A stretch of DNA of 42,016 bases from a virus (lineage: Duplodnaviria > Heunggongvirae > Uroviricota > Caudoviricetes), in IMG/VR virus record IMGVR_UViG_2778261180_000002, positions 1 through 42,016 of that record; one strand, 5' to 3'. Below are positions 1 to 10,204 of the stretch, in pieces. The notes under the pieces are model-generated. The model did not search any database. It saw only the letters and a program-made list of their open reading frames with translations, and was not told the origin of the DNA. The number at the start of each line of letters is the position of its first letter. The first letter of the stretch is position 1. The translations under genes were made by a program, and so were the position numbers.

Positions 1-475
<475 letters not shown>

Positions 476-1873
476 ATGCCGCGCACTGTAACACATAATC
501 CGGATAGCCCCAATAATGACGATGTTTTAGCCGCTTCTGAAAAATGGGACGCCTGTAAACCCCCCTATACCAGCGCACACATGAAAATCTGTGTTGCTGC
601 CGCCAAAATCATCCTCGCTGCTTCCGGCGTGGCTCGCCGTTCCAAATACGAAAAAGAGAACTATCTCCGTATCGATTTCAGCAAAGCCGGTAAGGTTACA
701 TTTTACGCCGAGTTTCCAAAAAAGATGGGCCTCAAAGGTAAAAAGCTCGGCGAGTGGCCGGAGCTCGCTATCCAGCTGGCGCGCGAAAAAGCACTAGGTA
801 TGGCTGACGGTGGACTGCGGGCAGAGTCCGTACATGCAGCGCTGGAAATGTACCGGGATGACCTCAAAGCCAAAGTAGCCCGTCAGAAGCTGAGCCCGGA
901 CAGTTTCACAACCTACGGGGTGCGTATCGACCGGATTAAATCAACGTTCGGCGAGCGCGAGGTGTTCAGCGACGTAACATACAGTCGGCTGGTGGAAGTG
1001 CTGGACGAGTGGATCGCCACTCGCTCGAACAATAACGCCCTGGAGTTGTTTGCCGAGCTCCGTCGGTTCTGGAAGTTCTGCGCACCTACTCTTTGCAACG
1101 GCCGCAATGTTGCCGCCAGTCTGCCAGATGATTATGTTTCCTCCCGCGTACAGAAACCTACCCCCACACGGCTTTTTACCGATATTGAATCAATCGCCCG
1201 ACTCTGGCTCAATGTTGCTGCCTGCACCTCTGTACACCAGAAGAATGCTGTTCGCTTCATGATCATCACTGGTGTTCGTCCGATTAATGTCCATAACCTG
1301 CGCTGGGACTACGTTCACGAGGAGGCTGGTGAAATTGTTTATCCGGAAGGGGTTATCGGCATGCGAGGGGCTATGAAAACACAAAAGGCTTTCCGCCTGC
1401 CGATAACGCCTGAGATCCGGCGGATTATCGACGAGCAGAAAGCCTGGCGTGATTCAGTTCCTGAGTGCAACAGGGATTATGTATTTTTGCAGCCACGTGA
1501 TCCAATGCAGCCATTTTCAAAACGATCACTGGATAAGCTGGTGAAAACATACAGCCCGGACGGGGCTGTAAAAGGAATAAAACATGATGGGACTGTTAAA
1601 GGGAAAGACGGTGCATTTAATACGATGTGCCGTAAATTCCTTAAGAGCAATGTTATTGCCTTGATGAAGGAAAGAGGCTATTCCCGCTCAGACCGAAGGG
1701 AAATCAGCCTCCTTTGCCTTCACCACTCCAGCAAGTCAGATGACCCGATGGCAGAACATTACGACTTTTCTGATGAGATTTTACAGGAAGAGATTGCGTT
1801 GAAGCGCGAAGCTTTCGAGGCTCACGAGCGGAGCATACTTGCGCAGGTGGCATTGCTACGGCGGCGAGGTTAA
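476..1873 (+). CDS. int: phage integrase, tyrosine recombinase family (atypical, long)
   Basis: ORF open from TTG 470; ATG 476 follows AAGGA (465-469); alternative ATG 581. N-terminal segment (YLRIDFSKAGKVTFYAEF...) resembles P4-type integrase arm-binding domain. Position at prophage edge, convergent with an Xis-like gene. Catalytic motifs only loosely recognisable by eye. Confidence 0.8.
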   Translation: MPRTVTHNPDSPNNDDVLAASEKWDACKPPYTSAHMKICVAAAKIILAASGVARRSKYEKENYLRIDFSKAGKVTFYAEFPKKMGLKGKKLGEWPELAIQLAREKALGMADGGLRAESVHAALEMYRDDLKAKVARQKLSPDSFTTYGVRIDRIKSTFGEREVFSDVTYSRLVEVLDEWIATRSNNNALELFAELRRFWKFCAPTLCNGRNVAASLPDDYVSSRVQKPTPTRLFTDIESIARLWLNVAACTSVHQKNAVRFMIITGVRPINVHNLRWDYVHEEAGEIVYPEGVIGMRGAMKTQKAFRLPITPEIRRIIDEQKAWRDSVPECNRDYVFLQPRDPMQPFSKRSLDKLVKTYSPDGAVKGIKHDGTVKGKDGAFNTMCRKFLKSNVIALMKERGYSRSDRREISLLCLHHSSKSDDPMAEHYDFSDEILQEEIALKREAFEAHERSILAQVALLRRRG

Positions 1874-2070
1874 TACTGGCTGCGACATTTTTGAATAAAA
1901 GCGTCGACATTTCGGCGCTCATAACGAACTACTTTTGCACTGAAACGAATTGGTGCCAGGATAGCCCGATGACGATGCTTAATATTCCACTCACATAGCG
2001 TTTTCTGTGTAATACCTAACTTTTGGCATACTTCATCCGGGGTGAGTAAATCGTCGGGTTTCTCGCTCAT
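1870..2070 (-). CDS. small HTH DNA-binding protein, excisionase-like
   Basis: 66-aa ORF. ATG 2068-2070 overlaps the stop of the upstream helicase gene (ATGA coupling). Helix-turn-helix-like segment LTPDEVCQKLGITQKTL. Position next to integrase. Confidence 0.5.
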   Translation of the reverse strand: MSEKPDDLLTPDEVCQKLGITQKTLCEWNIKHRHRAILAPIRFSAKVVRYERRNVDAFIQKCRSQY

Positions 2071-3461
2071 GCTATACCTCTCTTTTTCATGGCATCGAGC
2101 AGGATGTCCTGCACTGTTCGTTTTGAGTTGCGCCGCTCCATCACCATTTCGTCCATAGTGTCGGCAGCAATAATGTGGTGAATAAATACCGGACGATTGT
2201 GTCCGGCCTGTATCTGTCTGGTTGGGCCGATACGTTCAATAATTTGCTGATACTGCTCCAGGTCCCACCAATGTGAGAAAAATACCAGTATGTTTCCGCC
2301 GTCCTGCATGTTCAGACCGTGGCCCGCGCTGGCTGGGTGTGCAAAGAGAACAGGAATCTTTCCGGAATTCCAGTCACGTAGTGTCTGTGGATCCTGGTCG
2401 AGGTGACGACCGCGAGGAAATGCTTTAAGCAAGCGTTCAAGATCGTGTTTCCAGTGATAAGCAACCAGCACAGGTGCGCCAGCTGCTTCGGTCAGTATGC
2501 TGTCCAGCGCCTGTAGTTTGGTGTCATGCAGTTCTGACCAACTTCCGGTGTCATCTGTGTATACTGCGCCGCTAGCGATTTGCAGACACTTCAGTGTCTT
2601 TGCCGCGGCGTTCGGTGCTTCGATGCCTTCGCCATTCAGCTCGAGGAACATTTCCTTTTCCATTTCACGATACTGCTGACGGGCCTTCGGCGGCATATCC
2701 ACGCGGATTACGTTATGGATGGGGTCTTTGATATCGAACCAGTCGGCCGCATCCAGCGAGAGAGTCACATCGGCTAACGCTCGCTGTATTTCACCCTGTG
2801 AGTGAGCAAACGGCTCCAGTTTGGTCCAGCTCTGCCCCGGAAACTGTATTGAGTTGAACCAGCGTGAGGTAAACGCGCCGTAAGTGCGCCCGAGACGTTG
2901 CCCCTGGTCCACAAACCACGATTGTCCCCACAAATCTACCAGGCCGTTCGGTGCTGGCGTACCGGTGAGATTTATCCAGCGCCGGACATACTTATGCGCC
3001 ACTTTGCCAAGCGCCGCCGCGCGCTTACCACCACCTCGCAGCCGGAAGGATTTTAGCCGGGTGCTTTCATCTGGAATGACAGTACCGAACGGCCATCGTT
3101 CTCCCAATTCTTCAACCAGCCAGACAAGGCTATCGTAGTTGATTGTGAACACGCTTGCGTTGCTGTTCGCCAGCGCCATAGAGCGCGCTTTGGCATTACC
3201 AACAATTGGCTGCACCTCGATATTGCGTAAATGCCCCCACTTCACTGCTTCATCCGGCCAGGTGTTTGCTGCAACACGTAGCGGTGCGAGGACCAGTGCG
3301 GGGCGTGTTTCTGCCCCTGCCATAAAGAGATCTTCCAGCGCAGTGAGCGTTGCCACGGTTTTACCCATTCCCATACCTGCCCAGATGTTGCCGCGCATGA
3401 TGTCGATTTCGTGGCTGATAATGAGATCTTGGTAGGGGCGTGGCTTAAAAGCTTGTGTCAT
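2067..3461 (-). CDS. SNF2-family DNA helicase
   Basis: 464 aa. Walker A GMGKT, DExx box (VIPDEST), C-terminal helicase motifs. Typical phage replication-module helicase. Confidence 0.8.
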   Translation of the reverse strand: MTQAFKPRPYQDLIISHEIDIMRGNIWAGMGMGKTVATLTALEDLFMAGAETRPALVLAPLRVAANTWPDEAVKWGHLRNIEVQPIVGNAKARSMALANSNASVFTINYDSLVWLVEELGERWPFGTVIPDESTRLKSFRLRGGGKRAAALGKVAHKYVRRWINLTGTPAPNGLVDLWGQSWFVDQGQRLGRTYGAFTSRWFNSIQFPGQSWTKLEPFAHSQGEIQRALADVTLSLDAADWFDIKDPIHNVIRVDMPPKARQQYREMEKEMFLELNGEGIEAPNAAAKTLKCLQIASGAVYTDDTGSWSELHDTKLQALDSILTEAAGAPVLVAYHWKHDLERLLKAFPRGRHLDQDPQTLRDWNSGKIPVLFAHPASAGHGLNMQDGGNILVFFSHWWDLEQYQQIIERIGPTRQIQAGHNRPVFIHHIIAADTMDEMVMERRNSKRTVQDILLDAMKKRGIA

Positions 3462-3493
3462 AATGCTTTTCCACTCTTAAAGGAATAGAACAA

Positions 3494-3820
3494 ATGTTTA
3501 TTCAAGTTACACCCGGAATCACCATTGATGACTTCTTCAAGAATGGCGGTACGATTGAATACGAGATAACATCTGATGAAATTTCGCCAAATAATCCAAA
3601 TTTCGAAAATTGGGACTCCATAAAAGATTCTTTATATACTGGCTTTTATTTCCCTGTTTCTGACGCAATAACTCAGGGAGCTGTCGAGGCTACTCAAGTT
3701 ATCAACTATGCTGATGCCTGGACCAAACTGATTACGCGCGTTGAACGTCTTGGGGGTGAGGTTATTTATAAGAAATTAAATTCTGGAAAATTCTCTGCAA
3801 CTTTTAAGCTGAACATTTAA
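3494..3820 (+). CDS. hypothetical protein, AT-rich antisense moron
   Basis: 108-aa ORF, ATG 3494 with AAGGA about 10 nt upstream. Opposite orientation to the surrounding minus-strand operon. Visibly lower GC than flanks. No recognisable motifs. Confidence 0.5.
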   Translation: MFIQVTPGITIDDFFKNGGTIEYEITSDEISPNNPNFENWDSIKDSLYTGFYFPVSDAITQGAVEATQVINYADAWTKLITRVERLGGEVIYKKLNSGKFSATFKLNI

Positions 3821-4085
3821 TAATTTCCTCCAGATTTTTGCTATCCAGCACCACCACGGTAAAGCCCAGCTCGCGCAGCCGCTTGTGCTCGCGCAACTGG
3901 TCGGCGCGTGGTGCTTTGCCGGGTGCTTTGCATTCAACGAAAACAAGACGGCCGCCGGGTAGCAGAACAATGCGATCTGGTACCGAGCGGCGACCAGGTG
4001 ATATGAACTTAAAGGCGACCCCACCAGCCTTTTTCACTTCGTCGACGAGATGCTTCTCGATTAGGTTTTCACGTTCATAGGCCAT
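3804..4085 (-). CDS. VRR-NUC domain nuclease
   Basis: Motifs match recalled VRR-NUC pattern (LLPGGRLVFVECKAPGK). ATG 4083-4085 preferred; alternative ATG 4110-4112 would overlap the upstream gene by 38 nt. Confidence 0.65.
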   Translation of the reverse strand: MAYERENLIEKHLVDEVKKAGGVAFKFISPGRRSVPDRIVLLPGGRLVFVECKAPGKAPRADQLREHKRLRELGFTVVVLDSKNLEEIIKCSA

Positions 4086-4374
4086 CTGAATCCCACTCTT
4101 CAAAAAGCACATTCAATTCCAGTTTCTCTGCCAACGCATTTTCTGCACGTGCGCCGGCAGAGTACTCCCACTCTTTGAGCATATAAATCGTATCGGCACA
4201 GCGAAGCATTGCGAGGCAGATGTCCATGTACTGAGCCTGTGTCAAACCATCGGGTAAAGTTGCGGGGTTAAGCACAACATATCCCTTGTCCGTTAGCCTC
4301 TTTGCTGCGTAATGAAAGGCCGGGCGGTTAAATTGCTCGTAACCGCTCATCGGCCCGGCAATGTAAACGATCAT
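4075..4374 (-). CDS. DUF4406 / nucleoside 2-deoxyribosyltransferase-like protein
   Basis: 99 aa. N-terminal MIVYIAGPMSG motif typical of this fold. ATGA overlap with the upstream gene. Confidence 0.55.
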   Translation of the reverse strand: MIVYIAGPMSGYEQFNRPAFHYAAKRLTDKGYVVLNPATLPDGLTQAQYMDICLAMLRCADTIYMLKEWEYSAGARAENALAEKLELNVLFEEWDSDGL

Positions 4375-4586
4375 TCTTCGACCGCCTTACGCTTTTCACG
4401 CATATTCTGCATCAGGCAAAAATCAGATCTGCGTTCACTCCATTCCTGATTCAGTTCGTGATGTGATTCGCGGTTGGCTTTTGCCCAGACCTTCGCTGCC
4501 CGGTCATATTCGCCGGATTGTTCAAGTCGCAAAGCCTCCCTTGCAGCCCTGTAATAAAGTGGATTATCCCGGTATTTAAATGACAT
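4371..4586 (-). CDS. hypothetical small protein
   Basis: 71-aa ORF with ATG and AAGGA about 9 nt upstream; coupled to the downstream gene. Function unknown. Confidence 0.5.
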   Translation of the reverse strand: MSFKYRDNPLYYRAAREALRLEQSGEYDRAAKVWAKANRESHHELNQEWSERRSDFCLMQNMREKRKAVEE

Positions 4587-4591
4587 AGGAG

Positions 4592-6667
4592 TTAATCCTT
4601 ACGGTAGCGGTACGCCTCAAAACCGCCAGCGTTCAGTGGGATATCGGGCGCCCATTCGGGGTTAGTGGAGAGAAGCGCGGAAAGCGCTTTATCGTTGAAA
4701 TCTTCTGTGTCAGGTGATTCGGTGATCACCTCGTCGTGTACCGTCAGCACAATGCTGTAACCGGCATCTTCGATAAGCGGCATGTTTCCGGCCAGAACGT
4801 CGCGGGCGGCCGCCTGGGTGACGTTCTCCACCAGCTTTCCGCCGTAGGTTTTGAGTCGTTGCCATTTACGCGAATAAGAGTTAACACCCATGTAGGTGAT
4901 ATTCCCTTGTTCGATAACCGGAGACGGGTAGCATACAGCGCGTCCGGATGGTAGCTGTATGCGCAGCCACGCGCCATCGCGGCGGATTTTAAGATAACCG
5001 CAATACAATGTTTTTTGCGGTGTGGCGATTGCTGTGCGGACAGTGCGCTCCAGCTCGTACCAGAAATCGCAGGTCGCCGGGTGCGCCCTGCGCCAGAGAC
5101 GTTTAAGTGAGTCGCAGGCGATAAATACCCGTTCAGAAAGCCCGTAGGTTGACTTACGTTTAACCGATTCGTCGTACCAGCTTTTCGCCTCGCGGATAAC
5201 ATCGTGGGGAATGTTTGGCAGTGCGGCGTTCGCCAGCTCGTCGAGATCGAGACCGTAAACCAGAGCAAAAGTGATGAAAGCCGATACACCACCTCCATAA
5301 CCCAGACCGAGTTCCATGACTTTACCGATCTGACGCATGTGTTTATCAACATCATCTGGTGCAATATCGAAAACTTTTGCATACGCTAGTTTATATAAGT
5401 CCGGACCCGTTCCGGCGTCGTACTCTCTGAATGCATTCAGTTTCCATTCTTCTCCCGCCAGCCATGCCAACATACGGCCTTCAATGTTCGACAAGTCACT
5501 TACCACCAGTTTTTTGCCTGTTGGCGCGATAATGCAGCCACGTAACGCTGAACTGGTTAGTTCCATGATATTGTCAAACAGCAGGTCTGCACATCCGGCT
5601 TTCAGTGCTTCGATGCCTTCGTCTATTTGTTCCTGTTTTAGTGAAGGGCGGGGAAGATTCTGGGGCTGGAATAGCCGTCCGGCCCAACGACCGGTACGTG
5701 ACGCCCCGCAGAACTGTAGCGTACCGCGTAAGCGCCCGTCGTGGCTTACGCCTTTCATCAGTGCCTTGTATTTACTGGTGCTGGTAGTACTGGCTTGCAG
5801 GCGGATAGCCAGTAATTCTTTCACGGCAGATGGTAAATTGGGGTCGGCTATACGACGTTCCAGGGTGCTGCGTTGCATGTCTGGCAGCTCCACACCGTAG
5901 GATTCAACAATGTGCTTAATCAACGCGTCTCGTTGTGTGGCTGCCTGCACTTCGCCATCAGTCATTTCCTGTGTACGCTTTGCCAGGCGCTTTTGCTCCT
6001 GGTCTACCGCTTCGATCGCAGCGCGCGCGAGTTGCATGTCCATGCAGACGCCCCGGTCGTTGATCTGTTGATCACGATGCCAGAGCGCCAGCTCTGTCCC
6101 CTGATAATTCCACTTCGGCAGACGTTTATAGACTTCGCGCATTGCCTCAATATCCAGTCCGGCGTAAGCAACAAAGCGCCGCCATTCTTCCGGGTGGGTT
6201 TTGCTGGTGGCACGGCGCAGTTTGCTGTTTTTCGGGCGTGGCTTACAGAACAGCTGGATCAGCGCTTTACCGTCTTTGTTCTTCGCTTTGTCTTGCGGGA
6301 CGCCGAGTATTTCGCAGAGTTCCCCCAGAGACCCCGGGAGACCGTGCGCCAGCGCCTGCACCATTGTGTCTCGCCAGCGTTTGGCACTACCTGCAACAAC
6401 ACATTGGGGAGTGTGCAGCAATGCATGGCGCAACATGGTGCGATCGAAATGGCTGTTGTGTGCATATATTAGTACGCTCTCATCGCTGAGAGCTGTCAGT
6501 AGTCGTGTCGGCAAGTTATAGTCTGTGGTTAAATCGTGTACGCTGACGGGGTCTTCGTCGATTGCCCATGCGAATAACATGATTTCGACTCCTTCTGCAT
6601 AGACATGGGTGCCGTTTTTTATTGGGATTTCGCTGAAAGTTTCGAGGTCTAACCAAAGTTTTTGCAT
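4592..6667 (-). CDS. family A DNA polymerase (PolA/T7-like) with 3'-5' exonuclease domain
   Basis: Exo motif LWLDLETFS near N-terminus; polymerase motifs ([16 protein letters not shown]). Start taken as ATG 6665-6667; the track start at 6709 is a TTG inside a terminator hairpin and is unlikely. Confidence 0.85.
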   Translation of the reverse strand: MQKLWLDLETFSEIPIKNGTHVYAEGVEIMLFAWAIDEDPVSVHDLTTDYNLPTRLLTALSDESVLIYAHNSHFDRTMLRHALLHTPQCVVAGSAKRWRDTMVQALAHGLPGSLGELCEILGVPQDKAKNKDGKALIQLFCKPRPKNSKLRRATSKTHPEEWRRFVAYAGLDIEAMREVYKRLPKWNYQGTELALWHRDQQINDRGVCMDMQLARAAIEAVDQEQKRLAKRTQEMTDGEVQAATQRDALIKHIVESYGVELPDMQRSTLERRIADPNLPSAVKELLAIRLQASTTSTSKYKALMKGVSHDGRLRGTLQFCGASRTGRWAGRLFQPQNLPRPSLKQEQIDEGIEALKAGCADLLFDNIMELTSSALRGCIIAPTGKKLVVSDLSNIEGRMLAWLAGEEWKLNAFREYDAGTGPDLYKLAYAKVFDIAPDDVDKHMRQIGKVMELGLGYGGGVSAFITFALVYGLDLDELANAALPNIPHDVIREAKSWYDESVKRKSTYGLSERVFIACDSLKRLWRRAHPATCDFWYELERTVRTAIATPQKTLYCGYLKIRRDGAWLRIQLPSGRAVCYPSPVIEQGNITYMGVNSYSRKWQRLKTYGGKLVENVTQAAARDVLAGNMPLIEDAGYSIVLTVHDEVITESPDTEDFNDKALSALLSTNPEWAPDIPLNAGGFEAYRYRKD

Positions 6668-6696
6668 CAAGTAAGGACCCGTTGGATTTAATAAAT

Positions 6697-6724
6697 AAAA
6701 AGCCGCCAAAATGGCGGCTTTTTA
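6697..6724. terminator. bidirectional rho-independent terminator-like hairpin
   Basis: AAAAA-GCCGCC-AAAAT-GGCGGC-TTTTT. A-run on one side and T-run on the other, so it is terminator-like on both strands. On the minus strand it directly follows the SIR2-like gene stop (6744) and precedes the polymerase start. Confidence 0.7.
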
Positions 6725-6743
6725 TAACCGAAGTTAAGAATGC

Positions 6744-8225
6744 TTAATATGATAAATAATCATACAAGCATAAAAGTCGCCTGTATTGGGTATCAATTTT
6801 ATGCCCTGGTTTTGTTAAATAATCTCGTAGTTGTTTCAATGAAATAGTATCATTTAGTACGCAATACATAATCGTGTTAGCAACTTTATACTCTTTCGTT
6901 TCTTTTAGTATTTCATCAATAGACACAGCCTCACTCTTACATGTTTTAATTCGAGAAAGGTTACCAATGATTTTATCTAGCTGCCGTTTTCTGTATGTCT
7001 CGGTATTTTCTAGTTCAGGGCAGATAGAACTAAAAGCGTATATTGGAAAGTGTTCGCTATTAGCTATGGTTTGCTTATTCAGTAATGCGATAAGCTGAGA
7101 GTTTGCTTCGTCAACTATTTTAAAATAGTTCTGTATCATTTCAGATTTTGTTTGATAAACATATTGTACGGTTCTTTCTGAACCAACAGCAATGACCATT
7201 TCATCATTGCGAAGTTCATCTAAATTTTCTGTAATTTTAACCTTTATCTCACCACCACTTTTGATGGTACTCCAAACTTTTTGAACCTTTCTTATGTCCA
7301 TTGCGGATACTGGCAAAACTAGTCCAGAGATGGCATCATATACAGCTTTGTAATTGTTTGTTTTTATTTTGTTTATTCTTATGATAGACATGCCTTCTAT
7401 ATCTATGTCATGCTCCGTAATTTCAGTTGACATGCTGTCTTTTTCGTATTCAACCAAAAGAAAATTATCTTTTATCCTTTTTGCAAGTTCGGTATTTAAG
7501 TCAACGTATGAGAATATGGTTTTTAATAAGTACTTAATGTTTTTATCGCTAATACTATACCCTATAAATATGATAGGGTTGTGTATGAATATTGAGAGTA
7601 ATTGAGCGCGAATTAACTCATATTTATTGTCGAAGTTTGCGTAGTCTTCACCTGTGATAATTATGTTGTTAGGATCACTAACACAGCCATGTATTTTGTA
7701 AACTGAACCGTATGGGTTACTTAAAAGAATGTTGTTACCAATCAGTGGGTTAAATTCGAAGATATTCTCTACGAGTTGGTCGTAGTTTGTTGTAATGATG
7801 GAGCCTATGTTTTTTCTTGTTTTTATTAAGCTGTTTATTTCCTCCATCATTGACTCTTTTATCTTTAGGTCTTTAAGTATTGAAGTTAAATAAATTTTGA
7901 ATCGACTTAGTTTTTTTCCTTTTTTCATGTGCTCATAGAAAACATCATTGATGTCTTTGAACTTACCGTTACGATCTTCTGCCAGCTTTTTATTAAAAAT
8001 ATCTTCAAGTTTTGTAGCTAAGATATCATATCGATAGTCGTCACCTTCTAGGCTTTCAGCTTTCAAATCGTAGTAAAACTCAGCATTACCGGTTAGTTCC
8101 ATTGCGACACTCAAAAGAAGACCATCCCAGCTAAATGAGTTTTCTAGATACCGTAGGCTAAATCCTGTTCCAATGAATAGAACAGGGTGGTTTTTATAGT
8201 GATTTACAAACTCTTGGATTTCCAT
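6744..8225 (-). CDS. SIR2-like (SIR2_2 / ThsA-type) domain protein with unassigned C-terminal domain; candidate defence moron
   Basis: ORF open from GTG 8246; ATG 8225 (MEIQEF...) likely the real start. N-terminal half carries SIR2_2-type motifs VLFIGTGFS, IITTNYDQL, KIHGCVS...IITGEDY. C-terminal ~250 aa has no recognisable domain. Markedly AT-rich versus flanks; own downstream terminator. Confidence 0.65.
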   Translation of the reverse strand: MEIQEFVNHYKNHPVLFIGTGFSLRYLENSFSWDGLLLSVAMELTGNAEFYYDLKAESLEGDDYRYDILATKLEDIFNKKLAEDRNGKFKDINDVFYEHMKKGKKLSRFKIYLTSILKDLKIKESMMEEINSLIKTRKNIGSIITTNYDQLVENIFEFNPLIGNNILLSNPYGSVYKIHGCVSDPNNIIITGEDYANFDNKYELIRAQLLSIFIHNPIIFIGYSISDKNIKYLLKTIFSYVDLNTELAKRIKDNFLLVEYEKDSMSTEITEHDIDIEGMSIIRINKIKTNNYKAVYDAISGLVLPVSAMDIRKVQKVWSTIKSGGEIKVKITENLDELRNDEMVIAVGSERTVQYVYQTKSEMIQNYFKIVDEANSQLIALLNKQTIANSEHFPIYAFSSICPELENTETYRKRQLDKIIGNLSRIKTCKSEAVSIDEILKETKEYKVANTIMYCVLNDTISLKQLRDYLTKPGHKIDTQYRRLLCLYDYLSY

Positions 8226-8336
8226 ACCGATTCTCAAAGTTGACACGTAATACCTCTATAAAAACAAATAGCCGTAAAAATTCCAATAGCTTTTTGGATC
8301 TCGCCCGGCGTGTAACCGGGCGTCTATGAAGAAGGG

Positions 8337-8885
8337 TTAAATCAGTGCTTCAGCATCAGCACCTTCGCTGATATCGTCGAAATCGTCAGCGCTTGCCACT
8401 CCGCCGCCAGCGAATGCATCGCCGTCTCGCAGGAACTGGACTCCGCCGAGTGAGGCATTAATGCGTTTACCGAAATTATTGTCCTGTGCCCAGATATCGA
8501 TAACGGCGTTTACATAGCACCCTGCATAGGGACGTCCGTCAGCCTGAATTAGTGGCGAACGATCGCGATCAAGAACAGCTGGGCGCGCTTTGTTAGCAGC
8601 GTTCAGGAAGAAATTGCCGGGAAAGCCTTCATACTCTGCTTTTTCATCACCATCATGCAGGCACAGATTGAGTTTTTTCTCCAGCTGGTTATAAATGGAC
8701 TCCCACTTCTCTCCCCATTTTTCCTTCGCTACCTGCTTCATAGCTTTACGGATTTCTTCCAGTTGTGGGTGTTTGGGAGACATTAAAAATACTGCGGAGA
8801 AACGCGGATCGCCTTCGCCGTTTACAGTTTTAGCTTCAAACAGAGACGGGAAGGCCAGACGAACATTGTTCAGCTTCAGTTTCAT
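8337..8885 (-). CDS. putative phage ssDNA-binding protein (DUF2815-like)
   Basis: 182 aa beginning MKLKLNNVRLAF, as I recall for DUF2815 phage proteins. Acidic C-terminal tail (DDFDDISEGADAEALI) like SSB C-termini. Adjacent to the nuclease gene. Confidence 0.5.
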   Translation of the reverse strand: MKLKLNNVRLAFPSLFEAKTVNGEGDPRFSAVFLMSPKHPQLEEIRKAMKQVAKEKWGEKWESIYNQLEKKLNLCLHDGDEKAEYEGFPGNFFLNAANKARPAVLDRDRSPLIQADGRPYAGCYVNAVIDIWAQDNNFGKRINASLGGVQFLRDGDAFAGGGVASADDFDDISEGADAEALI

Positions 8886-8900
8886 GGGGATTTCCTTAAA

Positions 8901-10202
8901 TCAGATGAGGTCTGCGGTTAGCGTATCGTCGGATACGTCGTCGAAATCATTTACAGGGTTGATATTGAGTGCGGGGCGTGGGTCTGACTCGGGAACGACG
9001 GTGGGTTTACCATCAGCTCGTGTTATCAGTGCCTCGACTTTTGACCAACGGCGCGGACTGGCCTTTTTGATAAGTTTTTCGGCTTTTGTGGGACTAATAA
9101 GTTTAAAGTCGAATACTTCTTCAGTTTTGTACCTGAACTGGTCCTTCAGAAGTGCGCGAGCTGCCTCTTCGTCACTCCAGGCCCGGTTACCTTGTTTTCC
9201 TGTTACCAGTTTAAACCCCGGTACCGGATGTCCGGCATTGAGTTCATTGTGAACCCGGTCCCGTACTGCCTTTAGCCAGGATTCAATAAAGTCGGCCTGG
9301 CTATAGATCTCTGCAAGCTGCTCAATGGTTAACAGAGGTACACGTGCGCTGGCATTGGTGATTATTTCGCTGACAGGCTTTGTCAGATCTTCAAAATCGC
9401 TGGCCGCTGTTTGTAAATGCTGCATTTTCTGGGCAGTGCAAATAGCTTTTGCTTTACAGAAGCGGCACTGTTTTTCTCCAGGTATGAAGTTTTCCAGCGG
9501 TAGTGTCTCAATGCCTTCGCATTCAGCAATATTGAGAACAAGGATCGCACTGGTTGCGGCCTCCAGTGCCCGTTCACCGAAAGACTGAAGTTCCTGTACG
9601 GTTAAAGACCATTCTGAAACGTGGTTGAGCCTTGGTTGGTGAATAAATAATCTTACAGTCTCAAAGTCATACAGCATGCTGAATTGTTCGAGAGCACCCA
9701 GAGCATACAGTTGTAGTTGCTCATTTTGTTCTGCGTCAATGCGGACGCCTTTGCCATATTTCAGGTCGTGGATTTGTAATTCGTTACCAGCGATGATTAT
9801 GCCGTCGGCAGTTCCGAAAGATTCTTCCACCCCCGTTATATGTGAGAAATCAACACGTTGTTCAACCAATAGCTCATTATTTTGTGCAAGAGTCCAGACC
9901 GTATCAACATACCGGCCAACGGCTTCGACCATTTCATCATCCACCTGTGGGCCAGATGTATCATCAGGATTTTCGCGAAGGGGGTATGAGCCGAGAAACA
10001 TAGAAACATTGCATCCGGCGTAGTGTTCCGGGTGGCTTTGCCTGTTTCGTAGAACTTTTTCAGCAAGCGCGTGCGCTGCAGTGCCCTCGATTGCAAAAGT
10101 TGTTTCTTTATCCGGTTGTGTGGCCTCCAGCGCCAGACTTCCTGGGCAGCGCATCCATCGATGCGCCGATGACGGGGAAAGTCGTGCATGAACGTCTGGC
10201 AT
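8901..10202 (-). CDS. PD-(D/E)XK nuclease, Cas4-like (DUF2800-like)
   Basis: 433 aa. N-terminal [15 protein letters not shown] and a C-terminal Cys cluster ([10 protein letters not shown]) fit recalled DUF2800/Cas4-like phage exonucleases. Confidence 0.65.
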   Translation of the reverse strand: MPDVHARLSPSSAHRWMRCPGSLALEATQPDKETTFAIEGTAAHALAEKVLRNRQSHPEHYAGCNVSMFLGSYPLRENPDDTSGPQVDDEMVEAVGRYVDTVWTLAQNNELLVEQRVDFSHITGVEESFGTADGIIIAGNELQIHDLKYGKGVRIDAEQNEQLQLYALGALEQFSMLYDFETVRLFIHQPRLNHVSEWSLTVQELQSFGERALEAATSAILVLNIAECEGIETLPLENFIPGEKQCRFCKAKAICTAQKMQHLQTAASDFEDLTKPVSEIITNASARVPLLTIEQLAEIYSQADFIESWLKAVRDRVHNELNAGHPVPGFKLVTGKQGNRAWSDEEAARALLKDQFRYKTEEVFDFKLISPTKAEKLIKKASPRRWSKVEALITRADGKPTVVPESDPRPALNINPVNDFDDVSDDTLTADLI

Positions 10203-10204
10203 AA

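Noticed and set aside
5337-6472. Plus-strand ORFs of 187 and 199 aa (5337-5900, 5873-6472) plus several others antisense to the DNA polymerase gene
   Set aside because: They lie entirely within the polymerase coding region on the opposite strand or in other frames, lack ribosome-binding sites and have low-complexity translations. Typical shadow ORFs in GC-rich coding DNA.
6668-6709. Track start (TTG at 6709) for the DNA polymerase
   Set aside because: That start lies inside the terminator hairpin 6697-6724. ATG at 6667 begins directly at the conserved exonuclease motif.
6744-8246. Complete Thoeris (ThsA plus ThsB) system
   Set aside because: No TIR-domain ORF lies next to the SIR2-like gene; neighbours are polymerase and ssDNA-binding-like genes. 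Kept as a solo SIR2-like candidate.
8302-8322. GC hairpin upstream of the SIR2-like gene as a terminator
   Set aside because: No T-run follows on either strand, so it is not a canonical intrinsic terminator. Noted only as a structured element bounding the insertion.
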